Program-made: the position numbers and the translations under genes
The notes under the pieces: generated by a model
Told to the model about the DNA's origin: nothing
What the model saw: only the letters and a program-made list of their open reading frames with translations
Database searches by the model: none
Source of the DNA: Psammoneis japonica
Taxonomy: Eukaryota
Reading direction: 5' to 3'
Assembly (NCBI GenBank): GCA_008632985.1
Contig: QPGO01000021.1
Span: forward strand, 558,001-622,000
Length of the DNA: 64,000 nt
Shown here: piece by piece, positions 50,832-62,639 of the stretch
How positions within the stretch are numbered: the first letter of the stretch is position 1
Layout of the letters: each line of letters begins with the position of its first letter

Positions 50832-51545
50832 ATTGTGATTGTGTTTCGTGGCTGCAATCATGATCATGTGTGGATGGTGTTGGCACGTGAAAACTCGAAA
50901 CTTGCCGTTGCCAAAAAAAACTTTTTCGAAACATGCCGACAACGATTTTCCACGTTCGTTTCTGCAAGTATCGAAGACTCACTCCAAGACCAACATATAT
51001 CCATATGGCTTATGCTTTACACGATAAGTACAATCATCTTGCAAGTAACGGGCGACATCATTTGTCGTCGCGACGCTTATCCTCGCGGCTCATTGTCGTT
51101 TCCGTTTCAAAACACTTTGAAATCCTTCAAGTTTTATCGGTTCAAAGAACTCAAGCATTCTTTGTCATCATCGTACTCACGAGCTCTATATCTTTTTGCC
51201 CGCGCGAGGCATTCCGGATTCCGGATGTTCTCGCTTTCAGCAAGTTTCAAGACGCAATGGCAACATCAGCAGGACGCTTCGAATCGCCTTAGACTACAAT
51301 AAGCGGAGCTCACTGGATGCATCCTCTATTCAAATTCTGCCGTTTATAAGCTCTTTGTCGATGCAACAAAATCATGAATAAGCCAGAACTCGCCCGGCGT
51401 CTTGTGCGCTTATTGTGCACGGGGACACCTCTTTGTTTTCGCACACAAACACACTCACACACGACACACCGCGCTTCGCATACAGTATGGCAATGGGATT
51501 GACTGGTCACAAAAAGAATATGTTACGAACAAGAACTAATCTACC

Positions 51546-52598
51546 ATGAAAGGCCTCCAACGAGCACTTTTTGCCTTTATTGTGCTGGGGATTGCCACGG
51601 CAGTTCCTACACCTCTATATCTCGATGACTGGGAGCTTGTCTCGGTCCCGACAAGAACCAAGAGGATGACGAGTTGCACGACACTTCGAATTACCCCAAA
51701 TACAATTTCTGGAACCATCTCTTGCAAATCCTATTCAGCACTGGTGGCTTTACTCATACATCAAACCCTGTTGGCTGGGATACCTCGGTTGGTACAATGC
51801 TGGTACGCGGACTTGTTGTTGTCACCACAAGCAGCGAGAATGAGTGTAAAAATGACAATGGGGAGTTGGATGCCTTTGCAGACTTTTATCTCGAATCCAT
51901 ACAAGGTCTCAACAATTATACAGTCATTACATCCAGTGAGCAAACCCTCCTGGGGTCGAGTTGCGTCTATGGGTGATGGCGGCAATGATGGATCCTCAAA
52001 CGAGTGGATCTTTGAACGGCCAGCCACCGACACGGAGTGCGCGGAGCCTCCAATGCCCTATCTACCCATGTCGAAAGATTTGGATGGAGAGTGGTTTGCT
52101 ATATCAAGCGACACAGTCACAGATACGGAACTGCTTGGATCCATAACGTTGACGCTTTTAGACAATGAAATTTCGGGATTTGCATCTTGCAATACGTACC
52201 GTGGAACTGTTCGCATGGATACCTCGAGTCCAATGCCTCATGCAGACTTAAACGAGGCGGGAATCTACATGCATAGAGACGTTTCAGTGAGTGACCTAGA
52301 ATGGACCGAAAAAAGCTGCAGAGATGAGCTCATGGTTGTGGAACAACACTATCTTGAGGCCTTGTCGAACGTTTACTCGTTTTCGTACACGGCCATTTGG
52401 GATCAAGATGGTACTCCTACCTTTCAACTTGGCATGGATGCACCTGACGATTCTTGGGAATTTCGGCGACTACAGCCCTTGTCAAGCACCACCACCAATG
52501 AGCCGACCGTGTCTCCGGTAAAATCGTCAGCCTCTGCGAAAGCATTGTTTGGTGCAGTGGTCGGGGCTATCTCCTTTGGTCTGTCTCTTGTTACATAA
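51546..52598 (+). CDS. Secreted/anchored META (HslJ-like) domain protein, probably two domains; internal frameshifts
   Basis: Signal peptide; ISGTISCKSY and ITLTL.DNEISGFASCNTYRG..TEKSC..LM.VEQHYLEAL; hydrophobic C-terminus. Part of domain 1 reads better in the frame of ORF 51674-51976. Confidence 0.7.
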   Translation: MKGLQRALFAFIVLGIATAVPTPLYLDDWELVSVPTRTKRMTSCTTLRITPNTISGTISCKSYSALVALLIHQTLLAGIPRLVQCWYADLLLSPQAARMSVKMTMGSWMPLQTFISNPYKVSTIIQSLHPVSKPSWGRVASMGDGGNDGSSNEWIFERPATDTECAEPPMPYLPMSKDLDGEWFAISSDTVTDTELLGSITLTLLDNEISGFASCNTYRGTVRMDTSSPMPHADLNEAGIYMHRDVSVSDLEWTEKSCRDELMVVEQHYLEALSNVYSFSYTAIWDQDGTPTFQLGMDAPDDSWEFRRLQPLSSTTTNEPTVSPVKSSASAKALFGAVVGAISFGLSLVT

Positions 52599-53079
52599 GA
52601 ATCTCATTGAGAAGCGAGGAATTTGTCTGCCACTTTTCTACTCTAGCTTGTCTTTTCCTAATAAATAAAAGTCAATGGCTCATAATATTATGTAGGCCAG
52701 GAGCCGTCTTATCGATGCTCTTGGTGTAATGCCGTCCGTGTTTGCCTCTCTTCTCTACTCTCTAGAGCTCTAGCTAGAGTAGAGAGAGAGAGTCACTGTA
52801 GGAATCGACGAGCGAGATCGACACATTCATAGGGCCTACAGCTAACCTTAGCTACTACCCGTAGCAAAGAGATGAAAACCGAACGAGATTGAAGATGCGC
52901 GTCTTGCGTGCTCCGCCTCACGCGCAAGCAATAACGCGCAACGCGACGCTATCTCTTCTCGACGAGCAACCATGACACAGCAGACGGCGCTTCGAGTTTT
53001 AATAAGCGCTGCTCATTGACTACATCCTCTATCCCGCTTCTACCCTTGACAACATCTATAAGTCGTCTCACTAAACATC

Positions 53080-54159
53080 ATGGAAGAGCCAGAACTTAGC
53101 TCGACGTCGCTGTCTTCCAACGAAGAGTCGTCTTCGTCTCCCCCCTCTCCAGCCACACCACCACCGGCTGAATCATCTCCGCCTACTACAGCAGCTGCAT
53201 CGTCTTTGGGTACTAATATGCAAGCCATGATTGTGGAAGAAAAGTCCTATCATGATTTGGAGGCATGGCTATCAAAATTATCCGTCGGAACGCCTCTTGC
53301 CGAAAACGAAGTCAAATTGTTGTGTGAAATGGCTCGTGCGACGCTCCTGTCGGAATCCAACGTGCAGCCCGTATCGGCTCCCGTCACGGTATGCGGTGAC
53401 ATTCACGGTCAATGGCACGATCTCATGGAACTCTATCGTATCGGAGGCAGTGCGCCCGATACGAATTACCTATTCATGGGTGATTATGTCGACCGTGGCT
53501 ATTATTCCGTCGAGACGGTGAGCATGTTGGTGTGTCTCAAGGTGCGTTATCCCGATCGGGTGTACTGTCTGCGAGGCAATCACGAGTCGAGACAAATCAC
53601 ACAAGTCTATGGCTTTTATGACGAGTGTGTGCGCAAATATGGATCGGCCAATGTGTGGAAACTCTTTACCGACCTCTTTGATTACTTTCCTCTGACGGCC
53701 TTGGTGGAGCACTCGATCTTTTGTCTGCACGGTGGATTGAGTCCTTCGATTGATACACTCGATCATGTCCGTCAATTGGATCGTGTGCAGGAAGTCCCAC
53801 ACGAGGGACCCATGTGTGATTTGCTTTGGTCGGATCCAGACGAACGGTCCGGATGGGGCATCTCTCCTCGGGGCGCGGGGTTCACCTTTGGTCAGGACAT
53901 TTCGCAGCAGTTTAACGAACGCAACGGACTCGAGTTGGTCGGACGGGCGCATCAACTCGTCATGGAGGGTTACAATTGGAGCCATGAACAGTCGGTTGTT
54001 ACAATCTTTAGCGCGCCAAACTATTGTTATCGATGTGGTAATCAAGCCGCTATTATGGAGGTGGATGAAGAATTGAACAAGACCTTTTTGCAATTCGATC
54101 CTGCTCCGCGTCGGGGAGAACCGCATGTTACGAGAAGAACACCCGATTACTTTTTATAA
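53080..54159 (+). CDS. PPP2CA: Serine/threonine protein phosphatase 2A catalytic subunit
   Basis: [21 protein letters not shown] and [11 protein letters not shown] motifs and the diagnostic C-terminus TPDYFL; S/P-rich N-terminal extension. Confidence 0.96.
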   Translation: MEEPELSSTSLSSNEESSSSPPSPATPPPAESSPPTTAAASSLGTNMQAMIVEEKSYHDLEAWLSKLSVGTPLAENEVKLLCEMARATLLSESNVQPVSAPVTVCGDIHGQWHDLMELYRIGGSAPDTNYLFMGDYVDRGYYSVETVSMLVCLKVRYPDRVYCLRGNHESRQITQVYGFYDECVRKYGSANVWKLFTDLFDYFPLTALVEHSIFCLHGGLSPSIDTLDHVRQLDRVQEVPHEGPMCDLLWSDPDERSGWGISPRGAGFTFGQDISQQFNERNGLELVGRAHQLVMEGYNWSHEQSVVTIFSAPNYCYRCGNQAAIMEVDEELNKTFLQFDPAPRRGEPHVTRRTPDYFL

Positions 54160-54637
54160 TCAGAGCAAGATGCCAAACAAGGATTACAGTATGGAATGAT
54201 AAAAGAAAAGGTACTACTAAACAAATTAAGGAAGTGATGAGACAAGTTATAACCGAATTCGAGTGAATTCATTTTTGACGCTTCCTTCATAGTGCAAGTC
54301 TTCGTAGTGGTCTCTTTCTCCGTTGGAACCTCCACACAGGTAACAAAATACGTGTTGCTGATACAGTCACGCTATTGCGTTCGCTCTTAGATCATTCCTA
54401 CACAGTGTTGACATGTCCCATTCAAACACTTGAAGGGGCTAAAATTGAAAATACGGAAGAGGAGTAGAGGTGACTTTCCTTTGCGTCGGACCTTCAGTGA
54501 CGTTGTTGCTCTCTAAGGTCTGTACTTGATGAGGTGTGATGCCAGGCATAGCAAATGCTTCCAATTTCGTCTCTAAGAACATAGGCACCTACTGTAGCAC
54601 CGGTACCTCGATCTCCCAGCGATGTTTGTGACGTTGC

Positions 54638-55572
54638 TAGTCCAGTGTAGATGCTAGGTCATTTCCGGTAGACCTTTAATGTCGGGCATTGGGAACGTTT
54701 CCACCTTGGGAGCTAAGAACATCGGAGCCTTGATTAGTTTCTCGCCTGCAATGACTTTTGTGTCGCTGCAACAAGCCCAATGTATATAGTCATTGGAAGC
54801 ATTCCAATTGCTCTCCGTGAATGCCGCGGACTTCATGGGCACCTTCTGTAGACTAGTACCTCGCCAACAATGCGGTCTGCGGCGTTACTAGCTAATCCGG
54901 TGTAGACGCTAGGTATTCTTTTCTGGAAGAGCTTTAATGTCAGGCATTGGGAAAGTTTCCAACTTGGGAGCTACGAACATCGGAGCCTTGATTAGTTTCT
55001 CGCCTGCAACGCGGTTTGTGTCGTTACAAGTCGAATGATATAGACATTCCAGTTGCTCTCCGTGAATGCCGCGGACTTCATGGGCACCTTCTATAGTACC
55101 TCGCCAGCAATGCGGTCTCTGGCATTACGAGCTAATCCAGTGTAGACGCTACTAGGTCTTCTTTTCTGGTGGAGCTTTAATGTCAGGCATTGGGAACGTT
55201 TCCAGCTTGGGAGCTAAGAACGTCGGAGCCTTGATTAGTTTCTCGCCTGCAACGCGGTTTGTGTCGTTGCAAGTCGAATGATATAGACATTCCAGTTGTT
55301 CTCCGTGAATGCCGCGGACTTCATGGGCACCTTCTGTAGTACCTCGCCAGCAATGCGGTCTCTGGCATTACGAGCTAATCCAGTGTAGACGCTACTAGGT
55401 CTTCTTTTCTGGTAGAGCTTTAATGTCAGGCATTGGGAACGTTTCCAACTGGGGAGCTAAGAACGTTGGAGCCTTGATTAGTTTCTCGCCTGCAACGCGA
55501 TTTGTGTCGTTGCAGGCCCAGTGTAAATAGTCATTGAAGCATTCAACTGCTCACCGTGAATGCCACGGACTT
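54638..55572. repeat. Tandem array of ~240-255-bp units (about 4) derived from the 3' end of the adjacent gene
   Basis: cc.gtgtaga.gcta starts at about 54642, 54897, 55137 and 55380; each unit encodes AGEKLIKAP.F.AP..ETFPMPDIK on the minus strand. Confidence 0.92.
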
Positions 55573-56722
55573 CACAGTATGGTGTGACCACTTTGCGTTC
55601 ACTTTTGTTCCGACCAAACACAATCGCCAAGGGCATGGTTTGGGAAAATGACGACGTCTTACCGGCAATCACCACATCTGCGTGACTGAGCAGTACCTGA
55701 TCCATCAAGGTATCTTCCCAATTTTGCACACAAAAAGTTTGGTTGGGAGCCACTTTGTGCTTACCCCACTCCCCAAAAAAGACACCTTCGCCTTCGGAGA
55801 CTCGATTCTGCTCCCAGACAACAACCGGCATGACGCCCTGCAGACCCGAGCGAAAGCGCTCAATGTAGGACGGCGTATCGGTTGCCATGAACAAGATTGT
55901 CGGATCCGTCCCATTATAGTTGTTGGCGACAAGGTTCTGTAGGTTGTTTGTAACATTTTTTGCCCATGCTTCAGCGTCGAGAATTTCCCTCCTCTTTCTT
56001 GAAAAATCACCCGTCTCTCCGTTTCCAGCACGAACATGAATGCCAAACACTACTTTGCCGGCAAAGTGCTTCTCAACAAACGCGTTGACATCGTCACGGC
56101 GTTTGAATCGATTGCGCAACGACGTATAGAATTCCAAGTCGGTGGCAATCTTGTCTTCTTGAGGGCATAGTCCTCCCCGTCGTTCTTGGCCCGTGAAACC
56201 ACGCACTTCATTGTCGTACCTAACATACAAATTTGTCGAGTTGACATATGCTAGTTCATCTCTGGAGGGAGGATCAAAGAGCAATGGGTAAATATCTAGC
56301 TTTCCACTTCCTACTCCTGTAGGTGTACACCACCCCCATAAAGCTTGCAACCTGAAACGCAGCCGCTTTGCAACGTAATACGCACTCGACATGCGGGCTA
56401 AACGATGTCCCAAGCCGCAACACGCCCCGTATTCGACTGTTGAAAATTCTTCAATGCTGAAGTTGTTCATGATGTTCTTTTGCCCTTCATGTGTACTGAC
56501 GTTCCGTTCCTGAGCCGAACCATTCACTGCGGCTGATATTCGGATAGCTTCGATTCCTTGCTCCTGTTCCTGGGAGAAAGATGCTTGCTGAATCGAATTC
56601 TGCTCCCTCTTTAAAGCAACCAGAGTCATGTAGAGGACTATTATAGTCGCTGAAGGGCGTTTCAACCAACGTCGCCATCCGCCCATCGCGTTGTTCCCAT
56701 CGTCGTTGTCCTCCGGCATCAT
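55395..56722 (-). CDS. Fucosyltransferase-like glycosyltransferase (NodZ/O-FucT-like fold)
   Basis: Type II anchor; CCGLGHRL, GIHVRAGNGE.GDF, FMATDT and DQVLLSHADVVIAGKTSSFS motifs. A G missing near 55543 relative to the repeat copies places the true stop at 55395. Confidence 0.7.
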
Positions 56723-56778
56723 CGTTCGAGCAAACAGCAAAAGGATAATAAATGATGCGGCTCTATAAGCCATGTGCA

Positions 56779-57237
56779 CTGGTACAAAAATCACGTAGAA
56801 ATTTTACGTAGAAAAAATTATAAAAATTAGGGTTTGGGCCGATTTTTTTCTCGTGCTTCTACCGTGCTTCTCTGCTCCACCGACGCCTCAAGGAATCGTT
56901 TTCCCCTGAAACCATTGACACTTTACATGATGACTTTTACATAAGTAACACGATTCTGTGCGTGAACACTTCAAAATTCCATTTTCAGAAATTCGATCAA
57001 CACTTCACTACGGTCCTACCACGGTAAACATTTTCCAATGATGGAATTTTGCCGAACGGTGGACATCGTCGTGTTTGTCATCAAAAAGTAAGTACGCAAA
57101 GTGTCAACCGTTATGACTGAAATCGATTCCTTGAGGTCGTGGCCTATTTTTCGCAAAGCACGGGAAAAGCACGACGAACAAAATATTCTACGCGAATTTT
57201 CTACGTGAGTTTTGTACCAGAAATCGGCCCAAACCCT
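56779..57237. mobile_element. MITE-like element with multiple inverted-repeat segments
   Basis: ctggtacaaaaatcacgtagaaa (56779) pairs with tttctacgtgagttttgtaccag (ends 57220); agggtttgggccgattt (56829) pairs with aaatcggcccaaaccct (57221); cctcaaggaatcg pairs with cgattccttgagg. Confidence 0.7.
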
Positions 57238-57339
57238 GTTTTTCGGGACTCATAACCCCTGCACATGGCTTATGGAGCTCACTCTCACTCTCAACTCGGG
57301 GTGCTCGTTGGTCGTGAACGATTTTAGTGACTCGTGCTT

Positions 57340-58630
57340 CATGCTTCATGTCCACAGCCCGCCCTCCATCGCATCTTGAATCTATCTCTAGAAGTACCAT
57401 CCGCAGCCATGTGGCCTTCCTGCCTGCACCTCATCGGTTTTCCTCACATCACATCTGTCAAGAAAACATCAAGACATCTCAAGCCACCAGCAGATCTCAC
57501 ACTGCAGTTGCAGTCATTTTCCCAGCTTGCTCTTTGTTCCACTTTGTGGCAACAACGTCCTCTCAGAATGAACGCTGATGAGAAAAAAGAAAAGAGAGAG
57601 AATTTGCTTGAGCTTGGGACAAAAGCCAGGCTCATGAAAGAAAAGAAAATTGCCACTGTGCTTGCAAAATTGGCAACAGGGAGCACCGCTGTTTGTTTGA
57701 CTTCAAAACTTGTCTCTTGCTGTGCTTGAATTTTTTTGCTTTTGTGCACTGTTGTGTGTTGTTGTGCAGGTTGAGCAGGGAGCAAGGCAGAGCTGCACTT
57801 CCACACTTTTGCTTTGTTGTCATCACACTGTTGGCTGACTGACAGCTGCACATTGGTTGCTCCATGTGCTCTGGAAACTGTGCACATTGAGCACAAAATG
57901 ACATTTTTGTTCACTCGTCCATCAGCCACAAAGGCGTGTCAAACTCAACCAGGAGTTTGACGATGGCTCAAAGTGTGCTTGCACTGATGCCTGCTCTGTT
58001 TCACTGGAGAGCACAGCACTGATGAAGTGATGTTGTGTGACAAGGATTGGCTTTGCAATGTGGGCTCACCAGTTGCAGCACTCAACTGGGCCAGAGATGT
58101 TCAGCCACTTCAAAGATCATTTGCACAATGATGATGCCAAGGGAAAATCACCAAGCACTGCCACTGGCAGGGTGGCTGTGCATCAGCCTGACCACATGAA
58201 GCCATGCAATCAATGTGCTTGTGCTGCCTGAAACTTCCAGCTCATGACCTTGCAAAAGCATGCATGTGCCCACTTGCAAGAAGCTGCATTTGGTCAAAAC
58301 CCTGTCACACCTGTGGAAAACACCCAGCATTGAATTGAAACTTTTGCAGCTGACATGCAGCATTGGATCAAACAGATGAGTTCAATGAAAATCATGAAGA
58401 TGAAGCCAACTGCCACAAAAATGTGCCCGCAACAATTTCTCTCATGCTTCTGCCAACAATCCCACCCAGTCGCTCCTGGGCACCTTCTCTTTTTCTTTGC
58501 TTTTGATGAGCCAGAACTGCTCAAGTGCTTGTTTTGAGCTGCCCAAGATGCCAAATTGCCCAACCAAAATGCTGCAGCTGCAGCAGCTTCAGTTCAAGGA
58601 CACACAGTTGAGAGCATTGACAGAGGCAAG
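57340..58630. mobile_element. Degenerate repeat-derived block (TpA/CpG-depleted), family unresolved
   Basis: Practically TA-free over ~1.3 kb; ORFs within it have no Tyr. Confidence 0.5.
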
Positions 58631-60229
58631 AGATCCCTAAAATGGGAAAATACCCCTGACAGATTAATTTTGTCCCCTCACAGATTAGTCGTAAAATAGG
58701 AATCCAAGACTCAGCGTGGGTTCCTTGTCGTTCGCGGGACTCGTCGTCCCCTCCCCCGCGGTCGGAAACTTGTGACATACATTTCTACGTCAAACCACGT
58801 ATGTACGGACCCACGCGATAACAACACCGGCTGCAATCGACCGCGACAAACACGAACCACCTGGTGGTCCGTGTGCATTTTTGGGTGCACACGAACCACC
58901 TGGTGGTTCGTGTGCACCCTACGCAAAATGCTGCGTAGATTTGTACCGAATAAATCTGAGTACTGTAAATCCGACGTAGGATCTACGTGTTTGTACCACT
59001 CAACACTTGTCCACCGAGCCGGCAGTCTGTGCCGGCCGTCGTGACAAATATTTTATGTCAAAGAAAGAGTTCGTCAGGGCCGGCGAACAACACCCCACTA
59101 CGATGCGACTGGTATAAAATGTACGTAAATGCACAGGAACCAGCATGTGGTTCGTGTGCAAATTAGAGCTCGTGAAAAATAAGCAGGGATATGGGCAAGA
59201 CACGCAATGGCGCGTTCGAATCCATTTTATGACGGCAATTGTCAATCAATCATGACACAAGTCAATGTAGTCGATAATGTTGATTGAATGTGATCTATAA
59301 CATAAAAATAAGATGAAACATGGTAGCTTATGTGCAGAATGCTAGCACAACAGATTGTTTGTCGTGAAAAGTGCTGTTCTTGTGTCGTTTCATCACAGAT
59401 GCAAATCACAAGGCGACTGAAGTGGTGGCTAAGGCAAAATCAGAACCGTGTATGGCTAATGAAAATATGGTGGATTGAATGGTCACGTTTTTTCCTCCCT
59501 TCTACGTGTCTCATGTGCAGAACACAGCGGATCGTTTTGTCATGCTTGTGTTGTGTGGCCACAAATGCAAGGCACAAGTCATCTACAGTGAAGGCTAAGG
59601 CCGCAGCAGAACCATGTTAGATTGATGTTAACATGGAGAATTTAATGGAAAAGCTTGTTCCTCCTAATTCCACCAGAAGGGGGCGCATCGCGTCGATGTG
59701 TCGATGCATCGGTCATGGTCGTCCCAGGTGGTGGATTTGCACGTGGCGAAGGTGCCACTAACTTGGCATGCAGCAACGTAGAATCTTGCTGCTTGCAACA
59801 GAAGATTGTCTGGTTAAATCGACAGGGAGTGGAATTTCATTGGCCTTTTGCCAATTGAAGAAGTTGAAGAAGCAGATTCTGAAAAAGCAGATTCCCAAAA
59901 TTTTTTTAATCTGTGGCGGGACCGACTTGGTCTGTGAGGAGTTGGTGCCCCCCTAAAATGTTGTTGTGATTTTCACAAACAACTGTCCTTTGGCACAATG
60001 TTGTCAGCAAATGCATGATCTGCTGCAAGCCTTGGAAAAATTTTGCACTGCACTGTTGCTGTCTGGCATGTTTGCTTGCGTCATGGCATTGCCGCATGTC
60101 CTTTTCTCAGGGCTTTGTGCCAGCACTTTTTCATTTTGTGCAAAAGCGCTGAAGCTCATTTGCATCATCCTTGTTGGTGCTGTCATTGCAGTGAGCTTGT
60201 GTGCAATGCTTGTTGTTGTTCAACAAACA

Positions 60230-60800
60230 ACTTGGACCCAGGGCTGGTGTGGCAAGCTGGTCCTGTGCCAGAGTGAGGTGCATGGTTGGCTGCTCAGGCT
60301 GAAGCTGTGGCATGGATTTGATTGGACCATTTGCAACCACCATCAAGCCAGAGCTCAACATGCTCACATGCAATGACAACACAACTGGCTTGACAGAACT
60401 GGTGTGTGCATTGATGACAAAATGTTGCAGTGTGCTGCCAACAAATTTTGCAATCTTTGGTTGTCTCCTTGCTGCCTCAGACCAAAAATTGCTGCGCCGA
60501 TCACAGCAGTGGTGAATTTGTTGGTTGGGAACATTTCACATGTTGTTGAATCAAGCAGGCATGGCAGATGTGTGTCAACTGTGAACTCTGCAATTCTCAA
60601 ACCAGTGCAGTGTGTGAAAGAATGCACCAAACAGCAGCCAATGTTTTGTGAGTGCTGCTCCCATTGCTGACCACCCTCCTTCTGCTGCAAACCTTCAACG
60701 TGCAAGTGAAATTGCAGACAATGCTTTGGCAGCTCTTTTCCACAAGAAAGAATGCACTGTCCTGTTTGTTCTCAAAATCTGTGGTCATTTCTTTGAGTGT
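60230..60800 (+). mobile_element. Degenerate Ty3/gypsy-type integrase remnant
   Basis: Fragments DLIGPF, LNMLTCNDNTTGLTELV, DHSSGEFVGWE and PQTSAVCERMHQTAANVL resemble the rve core (DxxGP, LT.ID..T, DNG.EF, PQ.N...ER). Confidence 0.75.
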
Positions 60801-62435
60801 CCCAGTGTTTTGATGAAATGTGACTTTTGACCTTCCATTCAATTCAAACCAGCAACACTGTCAAGTGCTTGTTGACAACAGTCTTGACCGCAGGGCTCAA
60901 AGCAGTGTGATCCTTTGACCACCAAGTTGGGCAAGATGTTTTGACCAAGTCTGCTTCTGACCCTGCCAAGTTGGGGGCTTGAGCAATTGGTCCATTTGAG
61001 GTGCTGCAAGTCCATGTCAATGGGGCCATTGTCTCAGCTTTGCATGGGCACCACACATCATTGAATGGATTGGTGTTTGTCAAGTGGTGTCATGTTGGAA
61101 ATGATGGGCTTCTTCTCAATGTCTGGGTGGCTTGAAGCATGGCACACAGTTCCTTGCACCATGGGGGGAAGAGTGGACAACTTCAGCCAACTGCACTTCA
61201 TGTGCAGATGGCACCTGCTCTGACATGATGTGGCATGTGCTGACAGATGTGCCAGATGTCAGGGTCAGAAGCATGTGAGGGGTTCAGTGGCAGCGGCAGG
61301 CCCTTTTCAGCTCTTCTCACAAATGCCAAGACATTTCAGGCTGGGTCTTGCAAATCACTCACTCCAATTTGTGGCAAGTGTGGGGCCACAAAAAAAAAAC
61401 ACTGGGCTCTGCTGACACAAAAAAAACACTGAGCTCTGCTGGCACAGAGTGCTTGTTTTGCCAGAAGCCCTCACTTTGTTCAGTGCTTGGCAGCGGCCAC
61501 TCACACAGAATGCCTGTGTGCAAGGTTTTGCAACCATGCATCTTTGTGAACAGCAGTCTTGCTTGCTTGTTGGGTTGCACGTGCTGTGGCTAGAACAATG
61601 GCTGGTGCTGCTTTGCTTCTGTTTTCCCAATGCTGTGTTTTGGCTGGTGCCAGGAGAAACAGGCTCTGGCTGTTTTTGAGTCATCTTGGGACAGAGCTCT
61701 GCCAACTTGGTGCAAGGTGTTGACCAAAAATTCACCTGGTGGCTTGTTTGCACAATGTTCCAAAAAAGAGACACTGGTGGTGGGTTGATTTCCCCGAGTT
61801 GATGCCATTGCATCTTCCCTGCTCTTTCTGTTTCACTCAACAATGATCTGTGCAACATTTTTGAAAAAAATGGCACACCCAGCATCTCCAACCAAAACAA
61901 TGTTTTTCTCCAACCCAGCTCATCTCACCCTTTTTTGCATCTTTTTGTCAATGGCAAATCTGTGATTTGTCTGGCCAAATTTTGACCACACCATTTTCCT
62001 TTGCAGCTTGACCCAGAAACAAAAACAAGGTTGCAGACCACATTGCATTTGTGCCAGGTGTGAGCTCTTGTCATGCTGCAACAAGGAATCATGGCACAGC
62101 AGCAGACCATGCTTCAATTCCTTGCAAGTGCTGCTCTTTGACTGCATTTTCCACCCTGCTTTTTCTTTTTACAAGATCTGCATTGTTCTCCACTGAACCT
62201 CATGGCAGAGTCAGAACTGAGCTCAGCATCACTGTCTTGCAATGAAGAGAGTTGTCTTCATCTCATCCCCCTCCTTCCATGCCACCACTGGCTGAATCAT
62301 TTCCACCCACAGCCATGCTGTCCTCATTTTTGAGCCATGTGCAAGCCAAAATGTGGAAGGAAAGTCCTGTCATGACTTGGGGACACACAACCACTCAATG
62401 CTCTTGTCTCAAAGCATGATGTGCAGCCCACATTT

Positions 62436-62639
62436 TGGGTGTCGCCACTCACAAAGAGAGCTGCAGTGTGGCAGTCTGTCTGCACGACAGTTTCCACTCT
62501 GTGCACATTTTGTGCCATCATCTGTCCCCACCACCCCCCGGCTGGAGGTGGGAGGGAGGGACAACAGTGCAAAACAAGCACAGAAACTGTCCCACAGACA
62601 GATCTCCACTGCAGCTCTTCTTGCAAGTGGCGACACCCA
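62436..62639. mobile_element. 204-bp MITE with ~55-bp TIRs and probable ATTT target-site duplication
   Basis: tgggtgtcgccact..gagctgcagtg..gacagtttc pairs with gaaactgtc..cactgcagctc..agtggcgacaccca; attt at 62432-62435 and 62640-62643; absent from the intact gene. Confidence 0.85.

Noticed and set aside
53470..54126. 218-aa antisense ORF, and similar antisense ORFs over XRN2, BTB and other genes
   Set aside because: Shadow ORFs of conserved sense genes with no recognisable motifs
54638..55572. CRISPR-like or ncRNA array
   Set aside because: The units are whole duplications of the adjacent gene's coding 3' end
58640..59955. A single TIR element bounded by cctcacagat-like inverted motifs
   Set aside because: The matches are short and imperfect, with no target-site duplication or transposase found
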